A DNA stretch of 10,765 bases from an archaeon. GTDB lineage: Archaea > Iainarchaeota > Iainarchaeia > Iainarchaeales > Iainarchaeaceae. How positions within the stretch are numbered: position 1 is the first letter of the stretch; each line of letters opens with the position of its first letter. The stretch lies in NCBI GenBank assembly GCA_038046625.1, contig JBBSVV010000029.1:1-10765 (forward strand). Direction: 5' to 3'. Made by a program: the position numbers and the translations under genes. This document shows positions 6,408-10,765 of this stretch, in pieces. The notes below the pieces were generated by a model. It had not been told where the DNA came from and did not search any database. It worked only from the letters and a program-made list of their open reading frames with translations.

Positions 6408-6429
6408 CTTATTCTATTGAATTAATGCA

Positions 6430-6523
6430 TTATAGCAAAACACATAAGTTTTTCGGAATTTATTGTGATTTGCTAGATAGCAGACCCGGAATTTAGACAA
6501 AATCTTTTCTTGGCCTGCTATAA
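6430..6523 (+). repeat. Two tandem long imperfect hairpins, each bounded by TAGCA...TGCTA
   Basis: TAGCAAA(6433-6439)/TTTGCTA(6469-6475); ATAGCAG(6477-6483)/CTGCTAT(6515-6521); outer TTATAGCA/TGCTATAA; direct repeat CGGAATTTA at 6454 and 6487. Confidence 0.65.
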
Positions 6524-6551
6524 ATCGCTTATTTGAAAGTGTGGTTATTAC

Positions 6552-8984
6552 ATGGCTGAAGAGGGTAAAAACGGGGTGAATTTCTGCGCAATGGAGCAGA
6601 AGTGGCAGCAGCACTGGGCAAAGCAGAATACTTACTCATTCAACAACAAGAGCGCGGCCGCGGTTTACAGCATTGACACGCCTCCGCCAACAGTTTCCGG
6701 AAGGATGCATCTCGGCCACGCTTTTTCTTACACGCAGGCGGATTTCATTGCGCGCTACAAGCGCATGAAAGGCTTCAATGTTTTCTACCCTTTCGGCCTT
6801 GATGACAACGGCCTTGCAACCGAAAGGCTTGTGGAAAAAAGCAGGAACATCCGCGCAAAGGATTTTACGCGCGAAGAATTCATAAAAATCTGCCTCGAGG
6901 AAACAAAGAAGCACGAGGAAGCAATGATTGCGGATTTCAAGAGCCTCGGCCTGAGCGTCGACTGGGGAACCCTCTACAGGACAATTGATGGGCTCGCGCG
7001 CAAAACGAGCCAAAAAAGTTTTTTGGAATTGAATAAAATCAAGAGGGTTTACAGGAAGGAAGCGCCCTCAATGTGGTGCCCCGCATGCGAAACCGCGATA
7101 GCGCAGGCGGAGCTCGAGGATGTTGAAATGGACAGCACATTCAACGACATTGTCTTCAGGGCGGGCAACGAAAATCTTGTTATTGCAACCACGAGACCGG
7201 AACTTTTGCCGAGCTGCGTCGCGGTATTCATACATCCAACCGATAAACGCAGGGCAAAACTGCTCGGAAAAAAAGCGAGGGTTCCTTTGTTCGATTACGA
7301 AGTGCCTATTCTCGAGGATCAGCGCGTTGATCCCGAAAAAGGAACCGGCATTGTCATGTGCTGCACCTTCGGCGACCAAACGGATATGGAGTGGTACTTC
7401 GCGCATAATCTGCCTCTTAAAATGAGCATTGCGCCTGACGGAAGGATGACGAAGCTCGCGGGAAAGTATGAGGGCATGAAAATCAAGGAGGCGCGCAAAA
7501 AAATAATAGATGATTTGAAAGAAGCGGGGCTGCTTCTGGGGCAGAAGCACATTAAACACGTGGTGAATGTTCATGAGCGCTGCAAAACCGAAATAGAAAT
7601 AATGAACGCGAAGCAGTGGTTCCTAAAGTACCTTGATTTGAAGCAGGAGTTCATCAAAAAGGGAAAGGAACTCAACTGGTTTCCGAAGCACATGCGCGTA
7701 AGATATGACAACTGGATTAACGGTTTGCAGTGGGACTGGAGCCTCTCGAGGCAAAGGTTTTTCGGCGTTCCTTTTCCTGTGTGGTACTGCAAAAAGTGCG
7801 GCGCGGAAATATTCGCTTCGGAAGAGCAGTTGCCGGTTGACCCGCTGCAGCACCAACCGAAGGCAAAGGAATGCCCCAAATGCAAGGGGAAAGAATTCAT
7901 TCCGGAAAAGGATGTGATGGATACCTGGGCAACCTCTTCCTTGACGCCGCAGATAAATTCAAGGTGGGCTTCGGATGAAAAGTCCCATAAAAAACTTTTC
8001 CCCATGAGTTTGAGGCCGCAGGCGCACGACATAATCACTCTGTGGGCTTTCAACACCATTGTAAAGGCTTATTTCCACGAGGGCAAATTGCCGTGGGAGA
8101 ACATAATGATTTCAGGCCACGCCTTGGACCCAAAAGGCAGGAAAATGTCCAAATCCACGGGGAACGTGATTGAGCCGGTGCAAATGATTGATAAGTATTC
8201 CGCTGACATGCTCCGTTATTGGGCGGCTTCTGGAACACTTGGGGAGGATCTTCCTTTCCAGGAAAAGGAATTCGTTTCAGGAAAAAAGTTCCTCACAAAA
8301 CTCATGAATGCGTCTTCATTTGTCGCGATGAAGACGCAGGGAAGCTCGCTTGCTGATTTCGGGAAGGAAAAAAAGAATTTGCGCATTGTAGACAAGTGGC
8401 TGCTCGCAAGGTTTGAGAAAACAAAAAAAATCGCTTCCGAATCACTTGAAAATTACGAATTCTCAAAGGCACTTTCCGCCATAAGGAATTTTTTCTGGCT
8501 CGAGTTCGCGGATTTTTACATCGAGGAAGTCAAGTACAGGGTTTATGATGATTCAAATAAAAGCGGGAAGGCCGCAAAGGCGGTTCTCCTGAAGATTCTT
8601 ACGGAAATGGTGAAGATGCTTGCGCCTTTCGTTCCGCACACTTGTGAGGAAATTTTCCGCGCGAACTTCAAGGGAACAATGAAAACGGATTCCGTGCACC
8701 TGGAGAAGTGGCCCGAGGCTGAGGAAAAGCTCATTGATGAGGAAGCGGAAAAAATTGGCGAAACCGCAAAAAGCATCATTGCGGCGCTGAGAAAATACAA
8801 GTCGGATAAAAAACTGGCTATGAACGCGGAACTCGGCAAAGTTATTGTGTTTGCGGAAAAAACGAAAGGCCTTGAAGAGGCGCTCGAGGACATAAAGAGG
8901 ACGATGAACCTCAAGGAAATCGCCATCGCAAAAGGCGAGGGAAAAATAGCGGTTTCAGAGGGAATTTCACTGGAAGTGGAGTAA
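6552..8984 (+). CDS. valS: Valine--tRNA ligase, archaeal type
   Basis: YSIDTPPPTVSGRMHLGH (HIGH motif), IATTRPELL and GTGIVMCCTFGDQTD (editing domain), DWSLSRQRFFG, DVMDTWATSS, RPQAHDII, KMSKS; no bacterial C-terminal coiled coil. Confidence 0.97.
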   Translation: MAEEGKNGVNFCAMEQKWQQHWAKQNTYSFNNKSAAAVYSIDTPPPTVSGRMHLGHAFSYTQADFIARYKRMKGFNVFYPFGLDDNGLATERLVEKSRNIRAKDFTREEFIKICLEETKKHEEAMIADFKSLGLSVDWGTLYRTIDGLARKTSQKSFLELNKIKRVYRKEAPSMWCPACETAIAQAELEDVEMDSTFNDIVFRAGNENLVIATTRPELLPSCVAVFIHPTDKRRAKLLGKKARVPLFDYEVPILEDQRVDPEKGTGIVMCCTFGDQTDMEWYFAHNLPLKMSIAPDGRMTKLAGKYEGMKIKEARKKIIDDLKEAGLLLGQKHIKHVVNVHERCKTEIEIMNAKQWFLKYLDLKQEFIKKGKELNWFPKHMRVRYDNWINGLQWDWSLSRQRFFGVPFPVWYCKKCGAEIFASEEQLPVDPLQHQPKAKECPKCKGKEFIPEKDVMDTWATSSLTPQINSRWASDEKSHKKLFPMSLRPQAHDIITLWAFNTIVKAYFHEGKLPWENIMISGHALDPKGRKMSKSTGNVIEPVQMIDKYSADMLRYWAASGTLGEDLPFQEKEFVSGKKFLTKLMNASSFVAMKTQGSSLADFGKEKKNLRIVDKWLLARFEKTKKIASESLENYEFSKALSAIRNFFWLEFADFYIEEVKYRVYDDSNKSGKAAKAVLLKILTEMVKMLAPFVPHTCEEIFRANFKGTMKTDSVHLEKWPEAEEKLIDEEAEKIGETAKSIIAALRKYKSDKKLAMNAELGKVIVFAEKTKGLEEALEDIKRTMNLKEIAIAKGEGKIAVSEGISLEVE

Positions 8985-9031
8985 AAACTTAAATACATGA
9001 AAAAGCCTTATGTGCTATACGGGTGCTTTGA

Positions 9032-9547
9032 ATGGGATTCGCGGGGAAAATCGTTTTGGTTTTAATCGGCGTTGCCCTGTTGCTGTTTGCCGCGACACAA
9101 TTCGGCATAATCAATTATAGCGTTGACGGCGTGAACAGGGTTGACGCGAAATACGGCCTGGGAGAACAGAAACTCGTTCCTGGTTATCCAACGGAGCTCG
9201 AGGCATACAAAAAAGATTTGCGTAGCGTGATTGTTTTGGGCGACGACAAGAAAATTATTGAACTCAAGGAAGCGCTCGCGGAGATGCAGTCCGCAATGAA
9301 CAATTATTCAGAAAGCGCCGGCGCGATAAACCTGAGCACGCCTGACTGCTCATTCACGGGTGTGGTTGCAAATGCGAAAAAGGATGCGCAGGGTGCGCTC
9401 TATTCAGCGAAAAAAGTTGTTGCGTTCCAGAAAACCGTTCCGCATGGCCAGCTCGGTTATTTGTCGGGAAACACATTCGATTCAGTTATGGCGAATGTTG
9501 TTTCTTCGCTTCAGAAATCAGTGAATCAGCTGCAGGCGCTATGCTAA
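9032..9547 (+). CDS. Hypothetical membrane-anchored or exported protein
   Basis: N-terminal K followed by hydrophobic IVLVLIGVALLLFAA; GGTG SD at 9022-9025; helical body; only two Cys; sequons NYS, NYS, NLS. Confidence 0.8.
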   Translation: MGFAGKIVLVLIGVALLLFAATQFGIINYSVDGVNRVDAKYGLGEQKLVPGYPTELEAYKKDLRSVIVLGDDKKIIELKEALAEMQSAMNNYSESAGAINLSTPDCSFTGVVANAKKDAQGALYSAKKVVAFQKTVPHGQLGYLSGNTFDSVMANVVSSLQKSVNQLQALC

Positions 9548-9560
9548 AAAAAGTGATTTC

Positions 9561-10172
9561 ATGAAATTGCTTAAGCAGGGCGCGGAAGCAAGGCTCTACA
9601 AAACCGTTTACCTCGGCAGAAAAGCAGTCGTGAAGGTTCGCGAGAGGAAGAAGTACCGCGAAAATTCTTTGGACGAAAAAATACTTATGGAAAGGCTGCG
9701 CGCCGAATGCAATCTCCTTTCAAGGGCAAAAAAGGCCGGAGTGCGGACGCCTGCAATATGGAAAATAAGCCTGGATGAGATGGCGATTACAACGGAGTTC
9801 ATTGAAGGCAGAACCCTTGCCGAGGAACTTGCGCGGAACACTTCAAAGGCGAAAAAATTCTGTGCTGAAGCCGGAAAAATAATCGGAAAGCTGCATGCGA
9901 ACAATATCGTTCATGGAGATTTGACAACAAGCAACATTCTGCTACATAATAAATCATTGGTTTTTCTGGATTTCGGTTTGGGTTCAATTTCCTCGAAGAT
10001 TGAGGATTTTGCAGTTGATTTGCTCGCGTTCAAAAAGACCTTCGCCGCGACGCATTACAAAATAATCGGGGAATGGAAAAATGTTGAAAGGGCTTATTGC
10101 GCTGAATTCGCGCAGGGAAAGGCTGTTTTGGGGCATTTGAAAGAGGTAGAGGCAAGGGCGAGGTATTACTGA
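9561..10172 (+). CDS. bud32: KEOPS complex atypical kinase/ATPase Bud32
   Basis: QGAEA loop, VKVR-x2-KKYR, AGVRTP, HGDLTTSN, DFGL, C-terminal RARYY; GTGAT SD. Confidence 0.96.
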   Translation: MKLLKQGAEARLYKTVYLGRKAVVKVRERKKYRENSLDEKILMERLRAECNLLSRAKKAGVRTPAIWKISLDEMAITTEFIEGRTLAEELARNTSKAKKFCAEAGKIIGKLHANNIVHGDLTTSNILLHNKSLVFLDFGLGSISSKIEDFAVDLLAFKKTFAATHYKIIGEWKNVERAYCAEFAQGKAVLGHLKEVEARARYY

Positions 10173-10180
10173 GAGTGTGC

Positions 10181-10265
10181 TTTTTATAGGTTTCCATAGG
10201 GAGGAATAGTATACAAATTTTTGTTTCAAAAGGCTTTTCCTCGCCTTGGAAGGGGTGGAGAGGTC
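10181..10265 (+). promoter_or_regulatory. rps15 promoter and leader hairpin
   Basis: TTTTTATA at 10181-10188; GGCTTTTCC (10232-10240) pairs with GGAGAGGTC (10257-10265) using G-U pairs, inner CCTT/AAGG. Confidence 0.5.
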
Positions 10266-10306
10266 AAAAAATAAAGTATTTCAATTTCAAAAAAAAGTGG
10301 TTTTGA

Positions 10307-10762
10307 ATGGCAAGAATGCATTCCGGGGCAAAGGGCAAGAGCGGCAGTACCCCGCCGGCTTCAAAGAAGAGCCCAAACTGGGTCGAGTACAAGGCGGATG
10401 AAGTCACGGAAATAATCGTTTCGCTCGCGAACTCCGGAATGACTCCAAGCGAAATCGGAATGGCTCTGCGTGATCAATATGGAATTCCGAGCGTGAAAAA
10501 CCTTACCGGAAAAAACATCGAGAAAATCCTTTCGGAGAACAAGCTCGGGTCGGACATTCCAAGGGACATGCTTAACCTGATAAAGAAATCCGTTGAGGTG
10601 CAGAGCCACATGAAAAAGAACCACAAGGACACCACTGCAAAGCGCGGTTACCAGCTTACCGTGAGCAAAATAAGGAGGCTCACCATTTACTACACAAAAA
10701 AAGGACGCCTGCCAAAGGGCTGGAAGTACACTCCTGAAAGCGCGGCGCTCCTGGTGAAGTGA
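10307..10762 (+). CDS. rps15: 30S ribosomal protein uS15 (archaeal S15P/S13e)
   Basis: MARMHSGAKGKSGS, PSEIGMALRDQYGIP, IPRDMLNLIKK, HMKKNHKD, SKIRRLTIYY, LPKGWKY. Confidence 0.98.
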   Translation: MARMHSGAKGKSGSTPPASKKSPNWVEYKADEVTEIIVSLANSGMTPSEIGMALRDQYGIPSVKNLTGKNIEKILSENKLGSDIPRDMLNLIKKSVEVQSHMKKNHKDTTAKRGYQLTVSKIRRLTIYYTKKGRLPKGWKYTPESAALLVK

Positions 10763-10765
10763 TTT

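Noticed and set aside
6492..6499. TTTAGACA shared with the candidate grpE operator
   Set aside because: A half-site with no partner; an AT-rich 8-mer can recur by chance.
6433..6521. CIRCE or T-box reading of the TAGCA/TGCTA repeats
   Set aside because: No CTC/GAG and no 9-bp spacer; no UGGNACC T-box motif; no hrcA in the window.
6414..10624. Antisense and alternative ORFs over valS, bud32 and rps15
   Set aside because: Shadows of conserved housekeeping genes with no independent support.

Overview
Archaeal chromosome segment, most likely from a DPANN lineage (Iainarchaeota/Diapherotrites-like; the lineage is my inference). Support: archaeal uS15, stand-alone Bud32, archaeal-type ValRS, archaeal-type DnaK, TATA/BRE promoters and GTGAT/GGTG Shine-Dalgarno motifs; TGA is an ordinary stop. 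Gene order: a partial minus-strand membrane protein with an internal repeat (absent from the ORF track); a structured intergenic region; an AbrB/MazE-MazF toxin-antitoxin pair; a winged-HTH regulator divergent from grpE-dnaK-dnaJ; a small basic orphan ORF followed by a lone IS200/IS605-type end with no tnpA/tnpB/iscB; a DedA/VTT-like membrane protein; valS preceded by two long tandem hairpins; an exported hypothetical protein; bud32; rps15 with a leader hairpin. Most worth following up: (1) a candidate heat-shock regulator with a candidate 7-5-7 operator and a shared bidirectional TATA box; (2) an orphan omegaRNA-like IS200/IS605 end abutting a small HTH-like ORF; (3) a twin-hairpin valS leader; (4) a switch-like structured region at 450-554. 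All calls were made by eye, without database searches or folding software.
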